From Bdellovibrionales bacterium (GTDB lineage Bacteria > Bdellovibrionota > Bdellovibrionia > Bdellovibrionales > CAYMLA01): a DNA stretch of 64,000 nucleotides. Location of the stretch: contig OZ244239.1 in NCBI GenBank assembly GCA_965217115.1, forward strand, positions 480,001-544,000, in the 5' to 3' direction. The stretch's first letter is position 1, and each line of letters opens with the position of its first letter. The notes beneath the pieces are model-generated. The model had not been told where the DNA came from. It did not search any database and saw nothing but the letters and a program-made list of their open reading frames with translations. Positions 1 through 9,645 of this stretch are shown here, one piece after another. The translations under genes were made by a program, and so were the position numbers.

Positions 1-85
1 AACTCCACAACTAAGCCATTTTTGACTTTTTAAAAGAAATACTTAGATATGCATCATGACTTAGCCCCCAAAACACCCTTCATTA

Positions 86-337
86 TTTAAGCAAGCCCGC
101 TCGCTACGATGCTCAAAGAGCGAGCCCTATCTATCTATCTTTCTTTCCCTACCTCCGCCCCGCTCCGCTCCGCCCCCGCTGTTCCCAGTCAAACGCAGAT
201 TTCAAAGCCTGTTTTTTAAATGGATCTTTGTTATTTAAGCGAGTTCGGATTGGTGCGATGCTCGCTTCAGCGAGCGCCGCTGCCAAACGAATGTCTGAGC
301 TTAAATAATAAAGATCCATTTAAAAAACCTCCCTTTG
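86..337 (+). repeat. Hairpin repeat copy R1 (type I): 43-nt satellite, pyrimidine tract, left flank, 30-bp inverted arms (211-240 / 299-328) around a 58-nt core
   Basis: GTTTTTTAAATGGATCTTTGTTATTTAAGC ... GCTTAAATAATAAAGATCCATTTAAAAAAC (one G:T pair). Nearly identical to 2698-2973. Confidence 0.95.
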
Positions 338-497
338 AAAATTTTTCCCATCTTTTTCACCTTATTTCACACTGCCCTATTTTTTTTAGACCCAGCAAAC
401 ACCCTATGCTACAGTGCATCATTATAAGTCCTTTAACTTTAACCATGCCATTGATTTTATTCTCAAAATTGGTGTCATCAATAAGCAGGAGAAAACC

Positions 498-1154
498 ATG
501 AAAGCTTTATTATTAATTGTTACACTCTTATCTTCATTTCCATTACTTGCTGAACTGAAGGTAGTTGGAGAGTACAAGGGTATTCCAATTGTACGATCGA
601 CTCCAAATCAGCGGAGAATCAATTCAAGACTGAGAGCTTGTACAAAAAAGTATTTCCAATTAGCTATCATAGCGGTAAGTCCCGAGAAATCGGTTACAGA
701 AACAACGTGGGTTTTAGATAATTGTCCTAAGATAGATATCAATCAAGAAATGTTTTCTCCTTATCGAGCTACTCCCAAGAGTGTCTATCATTGGAAGCCG
801 ACCCATAGTGCAGTCTTTCAGGGAAAAGTGGGATTGCTGGAACTGCTCATTGATAGAGGTGCAGACTTAGACGCAATAGCAAAGATCAAATGGAATCGTC
901 ATAATGCTAGTTATTACTCACCCTTAACCTATGCTCTTCTCCGGAAGGAAGCCGAGGTCGCATTGGCCTTAATTAAAGGCGGAGCTGATGTGAATATGAG
1001 GGTTTCACAACAACTTTTCGATAGAGCTCACTTACCATTAGAGAGAGCCAGGGTTTTTGGAAATAAAAGAGTCATAAAAGCCCTACTCGCTGCAGGTGCG
1101 GGTAAAGATGACGATAAATATAACTATCATGAAGATGACCAAAATCGCCCTTAA
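498..1154 (+). CDS. Secreted ankyrin-repeat protein
   Basis: ATG at 498 after AGGAG, in frame with ORF 414..1154. Signal peptide MKALLLIVTLLSSFPLLA. Ankyrin motifs LLIDRGADLD, SPLTYA...LIKGGADVN, LPLERA...LLAAGA. Confidence 0.85.
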   Translation: MKALLLIVTLLSSFPLLAELKVVGEYKGIPIVRSTPNQRRINSRLRACTKKYFQLAIIAVSPEKSVTETTWVLDNCPKIDINQEMFSPYRATPKSVYHWKPTHSAVFQGKVGLLELLIDRGADLDAIAKIKWNRHNASYYSPLTYALLRKEAEVALALIKGGADVNMRVSQQLFDRAHLPLERARVFGNKRVIKALLAAGAGKDDDKYNYHEDDQNRP

Positions 1155-1208
1155 AACTAAAATAACAAAAATAACCTATTACTTGAATAATATAAACAGG
1201 AGATTAAA

Positions 1209-2612
1209 ATGAAAAAAATTATTACACCTATTTTCTTTACAATTATGAGTTTGATGCTTTTGACTCAAGAATCTAACGCCAAATCGAACTGTCGTGATGG
1301 TGCTTCCGAGATCTTTCTTTTTGACGCTGACAGAGGGAATTACAACTGCATAAAGGATGTCACGACCGTGGATTTAGATGGCGATCAGCGACCAGACATT
1401 GTCTATTTACTGGAAACAGGAATCAAGGAATACTATCATGATCGTGTGTACAAGATCGTTTGGAGAAAAAACATGGGTGATGGAAAATTTTCTTCCACAC
1501 AGGTTATTCGCTCTATAACACGAAATACCTTCTTTGAAACTAGAGATGATTTCCTTCCTGAACAGAAGAACCGCTCTGGATTCTCTTTTCCTTTTGAAAA
1601 AGCTAACTTGGTCTTAAAAGATTTGGACAAGGATGGATTAGTAGATATCATTTTTTCTTTAGGAAGAGGTATCTATAAGAATAGTAACTCCTGGGAGGCT
1701 TATAATGAGGTCGTTTGGTATAAGAATAATGGAAGAATGTCTTTTTCTGAAAAAAAATCACCGTTTGCCATCAAGTCTGGCGTTATAGCATCTCTCACTA
1801 TAGAGGACTATAATGGAGATGATATTTTAGATATTGGTTATACTGCTATTGGGGATGATATAATTATTCCTAGAGGGCTGAACGGAGTTTTTTTAGGAAA
1901 AGGGAAAGGCCTCTTTCACCCAGACGCTGGTTCTATCCGCACTGGTTCCCATGAAAATGATTTTAAATCATATACAGCTGTGGGTAAATTCTCAACTGAT
2001 CCTTATCAAAGTGTCGTTTATCTTTATAATAGGTCAGGCAATAACAATCGTTACAAGCCTCTTTTAATTGCTGGAAACATTGGTTTCGACAAGGATGGTC
2101 GTATACATCTTCCCACTGAATCATATCAACTTTCTTACTTTAAGAGTGGTCAGAGTGGCGGAGTAACCAAGCCGACTGTCAGAGATTTCAATGTTGATGG
2201 GTTGTCCGATCTTTTGGTTAACATAGATGGTGTGGGTGCTTATATCTATACTTTTGTGAGTAATGATTTCTTACCCTATGAAGACAAGATCACAGACCGC
2301 TACACAACATCTGTTAGAGCGATAGATGTCGATGGAGATGGCTTGTTAGATATTGTTTATTCGTCTTATGAAATCTCCCTCTTTTTCTTTGACGTGCACC
2401 GTTTAGCATGGAGAAAGAATCTAGGTTCTAGAAAATTTTCTTCTGAAAGACTTATTAAAAAGCCTTCTTCTTACACTGAATTAGCCGCAGTAGGAGATTT
2501 TAATGGCAATGGAATGATCGATTTAGTAACTCTCTCCGTAAAAGGAAAGGACAAAAAATCAAGTCTGACCATCCATAACGATCTTATTCCAAAATCAAAC
2601 AGCAAGAACTAA
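1209..2612 (+). CDS. Secreted FG-GAP/VCBS repeat (integrin-like beta-propeller) protein
   Basis: Signal peptide. Repeated DxDxDGxxD motifs: DLDGDQRPD, DLDKDGLVD, DYNGDDILD, DFNVDGLSD, DVDGDGLLD, DFNGNGMID. Confidence 0.85.
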   Translation: MKKIITPIFFTIMSLMLLTQESNAKSNCRDGASEIFLFDADRGNYNCIKDVTTVDLDGDQRPDIVYLLETGIKEYYHDRVYKIVWRKNMGDGKFSSTQVIRSITRNTFFETRDDFLPEQKNRSGFSFPFEKANLVLKDLDKDGLVDIIFSLGRGIYKNSNSWEAYNEVVWYKNNGRMSFSEKKSPFAIKSGVIASLTIEDYNGDDILDIGYTAIGDDIIIPRGLNGVFLGKGKGLFHPDAGSIRTGSHENDFKSYTAVGKFSTDPYQSVVYLYNRSGNNNRYKPLLIAGNIGFDKDGRIHLPTESYQLSYFKSGQSGGVTKPTVRDFNVDGLSDLLVNIDGVGAYIYTFVSNDFLPYEDKITDRYTTSVRAIDVDGDGLLDIVYSSYEISLFFFDVHRLAWRKNLGSRKFSSERLIKKPSSYTELAAVGDFNGNGMIDLVTLSVKGKDKKSSLTIHNDLIPKSNSKN

Positions 2613-2665
2613 ACTATCTCCAGAAGAAACTAAAGACGAGGATGACGTCGACCAACTAAGAAAAC

Positions 2666-2700
2666 ACAAAGGCCACTCCAAAGTGGCCTTTGTTACTTTT
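2666..2700 (+). terminator. Probable intrinsic terminator after the FG-GAP gene
   Basis: 12-bp stem ACAAAGGCCACT-CCAA-AGTGGCCTTTGT followed by a T-rich stretch. Confidence 0.75.
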
Positions 2701-2983
2701 AAGCAAGCCCGCTTGCTACGATGCTCAAAGAGCGAGCCCTTTTCTTTTTTCTTTTTTCTTTTTTTTTCTTTCCTTTTCTTTTTCTTTTCCTTCCCTACCT
2801 CCGCTCCGCCCCCGCTGTTCCCAGTCAAACGCAGATTTCAAAGTCTGTTTTTTAAATGGATCTTTGTTATTTAAGCGAGTTCGGATTGGTGCGATGCTCG
2901 CTTCAGCGAGCGCCGCTGCCAAACGAATGTCTGAGCTTAAATAATAAAGATCCATTTAAAAAACCTCCCTTTGCCCAAATCAA
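2698..2983 (+). repeat. Hairpin repeat copy R2 (type I), direct repeat of R1
   Basis: Arms 2847-2876 / 2935-2964 and core identical to R1. Ends in TTTGCCCAAATCAA, abutting the icmF stop codon. Confidence 0.95.
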
Positions 2984-5900
2984 CTAAAGGTTGCGTCGAT
3001 ACTCCCCCCCCACCCCATACAAAGCCCCAGAAATCTGCCCCAAACTACAGTGCCTCGTAGCCGACATCAAAGCCTCAAAAATATTCTCCCCTCTTAAAGC
3101 CACAGATTTTAGATTTTCAAGCTCTCTCTCCCCATCGACTTTATGGGACTCCTTAAAATTTAAGCAGTTCTTTAATTGGGAGTTTTTTTCTGCAGCAGAG
3201 GCCCTTGCCATCTTGATTTTCTCAGGGACATATCCTGCCTTTAAGGTTTCAGGGTCAATAAAAGTATTCACGCCCACCACTGGGTACTCACCGCTGTGTT
3301 TTAAATGCTCATAGTGCATCGATTCTTCTTGGATCTTCGACCTTTGATACTGCGTCTCCATCGCCCCCAAAACACCACCGCGCTCATTGATCTTCTGGAA
3401 CATTTCCAAAACCGACTCTTCAACGAGATCTGTTAACTCTTCAAAGAAAAAGCTTCCTTGATTGGAGTTTTCATTCACTGCCGCGCCAAACTCTTTATTG
3501 ATAATTATTTGTATAGCCATCGCACGTCTGACCGATTCTTCTGTCGGTGTGGTGATAGCCTCATCATAGGCATTCGTGTGCAAAGAGTTGCAATTATCAT
3601 AGGTCGCAAGCAACGCTTGCAGTGTCGTGCGAATGTCATTGAATTGAATTTCCTGGGCATGGAGAGAACGTCCACTCGTTTGAATATGATATTTTAACTT
3701 TTGCGAACGCTCATTGGCACCATAAACATCTCTCATCGCTACAGCCCAAATACGCCGCGCCACACGACCTATCACCGAATACTCAGCATCCATACCATTA
3801 CTAAAAAAGAACGACAGGTTGGGAGCAAACTCATCAATGTCTAACCCTCTAGCCAAATAATACTCCACATAGGTAAAGGCATTGGCCAAAGTAAACGCCA
3901 CCTGACTAATAGGGTTCGCGCCCGCCTCAGCAATGTGATAACCAGAGATACTCACTGAATAAAAATTTTCTACTTTATTTTTGACAAAATATTGGGCAAT
4001 ATCTCCCATCATTTTCAATGCAAAATTGATCGAAAAAATACAGGTATTCTGTCCCTGGTCTTCTTTAAAAATATCAGCTTGAACGGTTCCACGGACACTG
4101 GTTAAAGCTTCCTGTCGCGTCTCTTCCATCTCTTGTTTTGTAAGGTCACGCTTCCATTCTTTTTCTTTTTCCTCCACCAGTTGATCAATAGCGGCGTTAA
4201 AGAAAAAAGCCAATATTATTGGCGCTGGTCCATTGATCGTCATACTCACACTGGTCTTGGGATCACATAAATCAAAACCAGCGTAGAGTTTTTTCATATC
4301 CTCAAGAGTGCAAATACTCACGCCACTCTCACCCACCTTGCCATAAATATCAGGGCGTGCATCAGGGTCTTGACCATACAAAGTCACACTATCAAAAGCC
4401 GTCGACAATCTCTTTGCTGTCTCCGTGTCCGCTAAGTAATGAAACCTTTTGTTTGTTCTCTCGGGAGTTCCCTCACCTGCAAACATTCTCTTTGGGTCCT
4501 CTCCCTCTCTTTTCAAAGGAAATACACCCGAAGTGAATGGAAAAGCCCCAGGAAAATTCTCCAAGCGCAAAAATCGCAGTCGATCCCCCCAGTCCGTGTA
4601 TCGAGGGACAGACACTCTCCTGATCTTTGAACCACTCAAGGATTCACGGTAAAGATTTTGACGAACCTCCTTCCCTCGAACCTTAAACACATATTCATCA
4701 CTCTTATAAGTATTTATTAAACTCTGCCAAGAATTTAATAATTCAAGATGACTTCCCAAATCTTTTCTCAAAGACTCTTTATTATGATGAGAACCCTTAA
4801 TCGAGGCTCCCACTGACTCTATTTTTTCTATTGCTCCTAAGAGAGATGCTTTCTCAGATAACTCTTCCGTGGTTTTTCTATAGTTCCTGATATTTTTAAC
4901 AACCTCAGCTAAATAATTCTGACGGTCTGGGGGAATAATAATATGTTCATTGGAACTCACCAAACTATCTTTATACTCATCTTTCAATTGCCACTGACGT
5001 TCTTGATCCCCCTTTGCCAGCGAATCTATCAACCCAAGAAATAGGCGATTTACTCCTCCATTATTAAATTGAGCCGCCTCTGTTAAATAAATAGGAAGAG
5101 TCTTGGGGTCTTGACTAAATAATTTCCGCGAACGCTGGTACTGTTTAGCCACATCTCGAACAGCATCTTCCGCCCCTCGACGATCAGCCTTGTTAACAGC
5201 GATAAGATCTGCGTAGTCAATCATGTCAATTTTTTCTAACTGACTTTGGGCCCCAAACTCAGAGGTCATCACATACAAACTCAAATCTGCAAATTCTGTG
5301 ATCGCAGTGCTCGCCTGACCAATTCCCGATGTCTCTGCAATCACCAAATCAAAGTCACACTTTTTTAAAAAACGAAGAATCTCAGGCAGTGAGTTGGCCA
5401 CCTCATTGCCAGACCCCCTCGATGCCACCGAACGCATATACACACGATCACGACTCAAAGAGTTCATACGAATACGATCACCCAGCAATGCTCCACCTGT
5501 TTTACGTTTAGACGGGTCCACACACACCACGGCTATTTTCTTATCACTGTAGGCATTTAAAAAACGATGGAGAAGCTCATCAATCAAACTTGATTTTCCA
5601 GCCCCACCAGTTCCTGTCATACCTAAAACCAGAGGCTCATTTTTAGGTTTGTAGAAACTCCCTAATTGTTGCAAATACGGCTTTAAACCTTCACCGCCGT
5701 CTGCATGATTTCTATTTTCAATCGCCAACAAGGCTCTACCCAAAATAACACTTGGCACAGGATCAGATTCTCCAAAGCTTTGACCCTCCTCTATCTCCTT
5801 AACTTTTTCCAACACATCAAAATCACACTCACGCATGATCATCTCAATCATTCCCTCTAAACCCAAGCGACGCCCATCATCTGGGTGAAATATCTGTGCA

Positions 5901-6256
5901 ATGCCGTACTCTTCCAAAGCCTTCTTCTCTTCATGGATGATAACGCCACCGCCACCACCAAAAATACGCACATATCCGGCACCACACTGATCAAGTAAGT
6001 CCTTCATGTACTTAAAATATTCCATGTGTCCGCCCTGATAAGAACTCACACATATTCCCTGGGCCCCTTCTTGGATAGCCGTTTTCACCACTTCATAAAC
6101 AGACCGATTATGGGCTAAATGAATAACCTCAGCCCCCATCTCCTGAAGAATTCTACGCATAATATTAATACTCGCATCATGGCCATCAAACAACGAGGCT
6201 GCCGTTACGATGCGAATATTCTTTTCTGCTTGATATGCCAAAATAAAATCTCCCAC
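2984..6256 (-). CDS. icmF: Fused isobutyryl-CoA mutase / MeaB-like GTPase (B12-dependent)
   Basis: N-terminal B12-binding DGHD motif, P-loop GTGGAGKSS, mutase domain (RLSTAFDSVTLYG, HIQTSGRSL). 1090 aa. Confidence 0.92.
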   Translation of the reverse strand: MGDFILAYQAEKNIRIVTAASLFDGHDASINIMRRILQEMGAEVIHLAHNRSVYEVVKTAIQEGAQGICVSSYQGGHMEYFKYMKDLLDQCGAGYVRIFGGGGGVIIHEEKKALEEYGIAQIFHPDDGRRLGLEGMIEMIMRECDFDVLEKVKEIEEGQSFGESDPVPSVILGRALLAIENRNHADGGEGLKPYLQQLGSFYKPKNEPLVLGMTGTGGAGKSSLIDELLHRFLNAYSDKKIAVVCVDPSKRKTGGALLGDRIRMNSLSRDRVYMRSVASRGSGNEVANSLPEILRFLKKCDFDLVIAETSGIGQASTAITEFADLSLYVMTSEFGAQSQLEKIDMIDYADLIAVNKADRRGAEDAVRDVAKQYQRSRKLFSQDPKTLPIYLTEAAQFNNGGVNRLFLGLIDSLAKGDQERQWQLKDEYKDSLVSSNEHIIIPPDRQNYLAEVVKNIRNYRKTTEELSEKASLLGAIEKIESVGASIKGSHHNKESLRKDLGSHLELLNSWQSLINTYKSDEYVFKVRGKEVRQNLYRESLSGSKIRRVSVPRYTDWGDRLRFLRLENFPGAFPFTSGVFPLKREGEDPKRMFAGEGTPERTNKRFHYLADTETAKRLSTAFDSVTLYGQDPDARPDIYGKVGESGVSICTLEDMKKLYAGFDLCDPKTSVSMTINGPAPIILAFFFNAAIDQLVEEKEKEWKRDLTKQEMEETRQEALTSVRGTVQADIFKEDQGQNTCIFSINFALKMMGDIAQYFVKNKVENFYSVSISGYHIAEAGANPISQVAFTLANAFTYVEYYLARGLDIDEFAPNLSFFFSNGMDAEYSVIGRVARRIWAVAMRDVYGANERSQKLKYHIQTSGRSLHAQEIQFNDIRTTLQALLATYDNCNSLHTNAYDEAITTPTEESVRRAMAIQIIINKEFGAAVNENSNQGSFFFEELTDLVEESVLEMFQKINERGGVLGAMETQYQRSKIQEESMHYEHLKHSGEYPVVGVNTFIDPETLKAGYVPEKIKMARASAAEKNSQLKNCLNFKESHKVDGERELENLKSVALRGENIFEALMSATRHCSLGQISGALYGVGGEYRRNL

Positions 6257-6280
6257 TGTAGGTGTTTAAAATGATTTAAG

Positions 6281-7072
6281 CTACTTCCCCTTAAAATCAG
6301 CACGACGCTTTTCTATAAAAGCATTCGCCCCCTCTCTTTGATCGTCACTGGTGAAGAGTTTACTAAATGCTCTTTTTTCTAAATCCATCCCCTGATCGAT
6401 AGAAACATCATAAGCACCGCTGATCACTTCTTTTGCCTCAGCTATAGCTATCGGACCACGACTTGCTATTAGTTCAGCCGTCTTTTGACACTCGGCCATC
6501 AACTCTTCAGGAGCAAACACCTTATTTACTAAACCAATGCTCCGTGCTTCCTCAGCATCAATGAAATCCCCCCGATAGATCAGCTCACGCGCTTTTGCTA
6601 AGCCCACCAGCCGAGATAAACGGACCGTGCCACCAAAACCAGGAATAAGTCCCAGTGTCACTTCAGGTAAACCAAACTTAGCTTTCTGACTAGAATAAAT
6701 AAAATCACAAGACAAAGCCAATTCCAACCCTCCACCAAGAGCAAAACCATTGACTGCTGCAATAACAGGGATTTTTAATTTCTCAAGCTGTCGAAACACA
6801 TCTTGCCCCTTACTGGCAAAACCCTGTGCATCCTTCTCATTCATAGTTGGAAAGCCTTTAATATCAGCTCCAGCCACAAACGCATTCCCTGCACCTGTTA
6901 TGATTAAACAACGTAATTTAGATTCTTTTTCAATGTCGGATAGACACTGGACTAATTCTTCGAGTGTGGATTCATCTAAAGCATTTAAAACCTTAGGGCG
7001 ATTCACCGTTAAAAGTCCAATCTCACCTTGGTTATCTAATGTTCTCTTTGTAAAAATTAATCTTTCCATCAC
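6281..7072 (-). CDS. crt: Enoyl-CoA hydratase (crotonase)
   Basis: AFVAGADI, VNGFALGGGLELAL, FGLPEVTLGLIPGFGGT. Confidence 0.88.
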   Translation of the reverse strand: MMERLIFTKRTLDNQGEIGLLTVNRPKVLNALDESTLEELVQCLSDIEKESKLRCLIITGAGNAFVAGADIKGFPTMNEKDAQGFASKGQDVFRQLEKLKIPVIAAVNGFALGGGLELALSCDFIYSSQKAKFGLPEVTLGLIPGFGGTVRLSRLVGLAKARELIYRGDFIDAEEARSIGLVNKVFAPEELMAECQKTAELIASRGPIAIAEAKEVISGAYDVSIDQGMDLEKRAFSKLFTSDDQREGANAFIEKRRADFKGK

Positions 7073-7100
7073 ACACCTCTGTAAAACTCCTGCACTACAA

Positions 7101-7952
7101 CTAGTACTCGTAAAACCCTCTTCCTGTTTTACGTCCTAACCAGCCCGCTTCAACATATTTTACCAATAGGGGGCAAGGGCGGTATTTACTATCACCTAAT
7201 CCACTATAAAGAACTTCCATTATAGCCAGACAGGTGTCTAAACCAATAAAATCAGCAAGAGCCATTGGCCCCATTGGCTGATTCGTGCCTAACGTCATCG
7301 CATTGTCAATACTCTCAATTGAAGCAATGCCCTCATGCAGAGTGTACACCGCCTCATTAATCATGGGCATCAAGATGCGATTAACAATAAACCCAGGCAT
7401 ATCTTTGACTGACTCAACAAAAGTTTTCCCTAATTTTTCAGATAACTCTTTAACAAGTAAGAAAGTTTCGTCAGAAGTCTGCAACCCACGAATCCCTTCA
7501 ACCAATTTCATTAAAGGAACAGGATTCATAAAATGCATCCCTGCAACTTTATCAGGACGCTCCGTCGCTGTGGCAATCTTAGTGATTGAAATCGAAGATG
7601 TATTTGAACAAAGTAACGCTTCTCTCTTAATTGTTTGATCTAGTTTCTTAAAAATAGAAAGTTTTAGATCTATATTTTCCGTCGCTGCCTCAATGACAAT
7701 ATCACAGTCCTTCAACTCAACCATATCAGTGGCTGTACGCACGCGGCTTAAAAGATCTTTTTTATCTCTCTCAGAGATTTTCTCTTTTTTTATTAACCGA
7801 TCACAGCTCTTAGAAATTGTCGCTAAACCTTTCTCAAGAGCTGAATCAGAAATATCCAACATCACGACATCGTATCCTTTCATTGCCGCCACCTGAACAA
7901 TGCCATTGCCCATTTGCCCCGCTCCAACAACACCTATTAATTTTATTCCCAT
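7101..7952 (-). CDS. hbd: 3-hydroxybutyryl-CoA dehydrogenase
   Basis: [33 protein letters not shown]. Start trimmed to MGIKLIG (ORF track starts at 7985). Confidence 0.9.
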   Translation of the reverse strand: MGIKLIGVVGAGQMGNGIVQVAAMKGYDVVMLDISDSALEKGLATISKSCDRLIKKEKISERDKKDLLSRVRTATDMVELKDCDIVIEAATENIDLKLSIFKKLDQTIKREALLCSNTSSISITKIATATERPDKVAGMHFMNPVPLMKLVEGIRGLQTSDETFLLVKELSEKLGKTFVESVKDMPGFIVNRILMPMINEAVYTLHEGIASIESIDNAMTLGTNQPMGPMALADFIGLDTCLAIMEVLYSGLGDSKYRPCPLLVKYVEAGWLGRKTGRGFYEY

Positions 7953-8142
7953 AGAAATTCTCCTCTCATCCATCAAACAAACCACGGCAAAACTACATCG
8001 AAAGAACCAAAGTCACAACCATTGTCATTTAAACCTCCTGATGTTTCTCCACTCAAATACCACAAAAAAGCAGCCGAATCACAAACTAAAGACACGTTGC
8101 GTTGATGCCTGATCATAATTCCCTCTAAATAATTAAAAACCG

Positions 8143-9645
8143 ATGAAAGACACTTGTCAGGCATGGTGGAAACGATGGAAAATAACCTTTATGCAACACC
8201 GTATCGTCTTATTTGCTATGGCTATGATTCTGCCAATAACTTCACTCTCCATGACGCCTATTTTTCGCTCTCCCAAAAGCCCCTTTGCCTCAGGGGAGAT
8301 AAATAAAAGTGAGCTTAAAAAGAACACCCAAAAAGTGATCTCTCAATCTTGGACAAACATCTACTGGCAAGGACATACCGGCTGGGTTAAATCATCAAAA
8401 TTGCTCTCGCCCTCCCATTTCCATCGTCTCGCACTTTTATCTCCAAAAGCTCCAGTGCGGTCACACCCCCATTGGAATCTAGACCCTTTGTATCTATCTC
8501 ACAAAAGCCTCCATGCCCCCATTGAACTCTTAATCATTGAAGAGGATTGGGCATTGATTTCCTTCCGCCAAAGTTCACGGCAAGGATGGGTTCCAGTGAA
8601 ATACATACAACCCATATCTGGAGATTTAGGGTTTGCTTACACACAAAAGACATCTCAACTCTATGGACAAGTACAAAATAAAGAGGTTCTCCTTGAGATA
8701 CCTCCACACTCTCGATTAGTGATTGTCAAAATAACAGGCAAACAATTCCTTGTTAGATACAAGGGCCATCTTGGGTACATTCCTATTCAACACTGTCTTA
8801 GTAAAATACATTTTGCCAACACTGTAAAAACTTTAAAAACAGCCCATTGGCTGCCTGTACATCAATTGACAACCTCCGGACTAAAAACTCCCTACGGTTT
8901 AATTTCCTTTTCATCTATCAAGGGCATTAGAGTTAAAAAAAACCTCTATTTTACAGCCAGAAAAAAAACTCCTCTTTACTTAAGTCCAAACTACTCTAAG
9001 GATCACATACAGTTGATACCTACTTTTGAACCTGTTGCTCTCATTAAGCATTTACCTGTAAAATGGGGTTTTGCTAAAATTAATTCCCATCACGATGTTG
9101 GCTCTTTTGCTTGGTGGAAGGTTTCATCTAATCACGGGGAATCACATTTACAGAAACAACGTCAAAAAGATCTTCATAGTACAGATCTTCATAGTACAGA
9201 TCTTCATAGTACAGAGGATATTTTCAAACGCAAAGTCTACGCTGTTGCCTCCAACCCTCTAAATTCTAAACTTATGTTCGCCTCAGCCCGAGGGGTTTTT
9301 CGCTCCACCGATGGGAAAACGTGGCGGAAACTCTCTAAATTTGGAACTCACAATCACCCCATAGCTATTGCTAAAAATGGGTATGTTTTTATTGGTTCTC
9401 ACAAGAGTCGTGACAATGGAAAAACATTCACTCCTTTTTTGCGCTGGGATAAGATTGCTTGGGCCATTCATCACAACAAGAAATTTTCACCTAATAACCT
9501 TAGTCTACAAGAAATAAAGATTTTAGATCAAAGGGCACGGAAAATATCAATTATTGTAAAAACTCAGAATCAGGCTTCCAGCCAAAAGCACACTCTTATC
9601 TCAATAAACAGTGGCAAAACATGGGCTGTCTCAAATTCAAAATAA
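8143..9645 (+). CDS. Secreted protein with tandem SH3-like domains and a C-terminal BNR/Asp-box region
   Basis: Hydrophobic N-terminus. SH3b-like motifs GWVKS, GWVPVKYI, GYIP. Asp-boxes STDGKTW, SRDNGKTF, SINSGKTW. Confidence 0.6.
   Translation: MKDTCQAWWKRWKITFMQHRIVLFAMAMILPITSLSMTPIFRSPKSPFASGEINKSELKKNTQKVISQSWTNIYWQGHTGWVKSSKLLSPSHFHRLALLSPKAPVRSHPHWNLDPLYLSHKSLHAPIELLIIEEDWALISFRQSSRQGWVPVKYIQPISGDLGFAYTQKTSQLYGQVQNKEVLLEIPPHSRLVIVKITGKQFLVRYKGHLGYIPIQHCLSKIHFANTVKTLKTAHWLPVHQLTTSGLKTPYGLISFSSIKGIRVKKNLYFTARKKTPLYLSPNYSKDHIQLIPTFEPVALIKHLPVKWGFAKINSHHDVGSFAWWKVSSNHGESHLQKQRQKDLHSTDLHSTDLHSTEDIFKRKVYAVASNPLNSKLMFASARGVFRSTDGKTWRKLSKFGTHNHPIAIAKNGYVFIGSHKSRDNGKTFTPFLRWDKIAWAIHHNKKFSPNNLSLQEIKILDQRARKISIIVKTQNQASSQKHTLISINSGKTWAVSNSK
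9168..9212 (+). repeat. In-frame 15-nt tandem repeat x3 (encodes DLHST x3)
   Basis: AGATCTTCATAGTAC repeated three times exactly. Confidence 0.95.

Noticed and set aside
241..298. Hammerhead ribozyme or tRNA in the repeat core
   Set aside because: No CUGANGA/GAAA core and no cloverleaf or T-loop. It folds as a simple rod.
220..501. Short ORFs over the repeat copies (220..501, 2595..2955, 47179..47656, 48899..49096, 49620..49808)
   Set aside because: These are translations of the palindrome and low-complexity tails, and frames are not preserved between copies.
86..2983. Integron attC cassette array
   Set aside because: No RYYYAAC/GTTRRRY ends at the hairpin boundaries, two genes plus a terminator sit between the repeats, and no IntI is visible. 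Only the analogy is kept.
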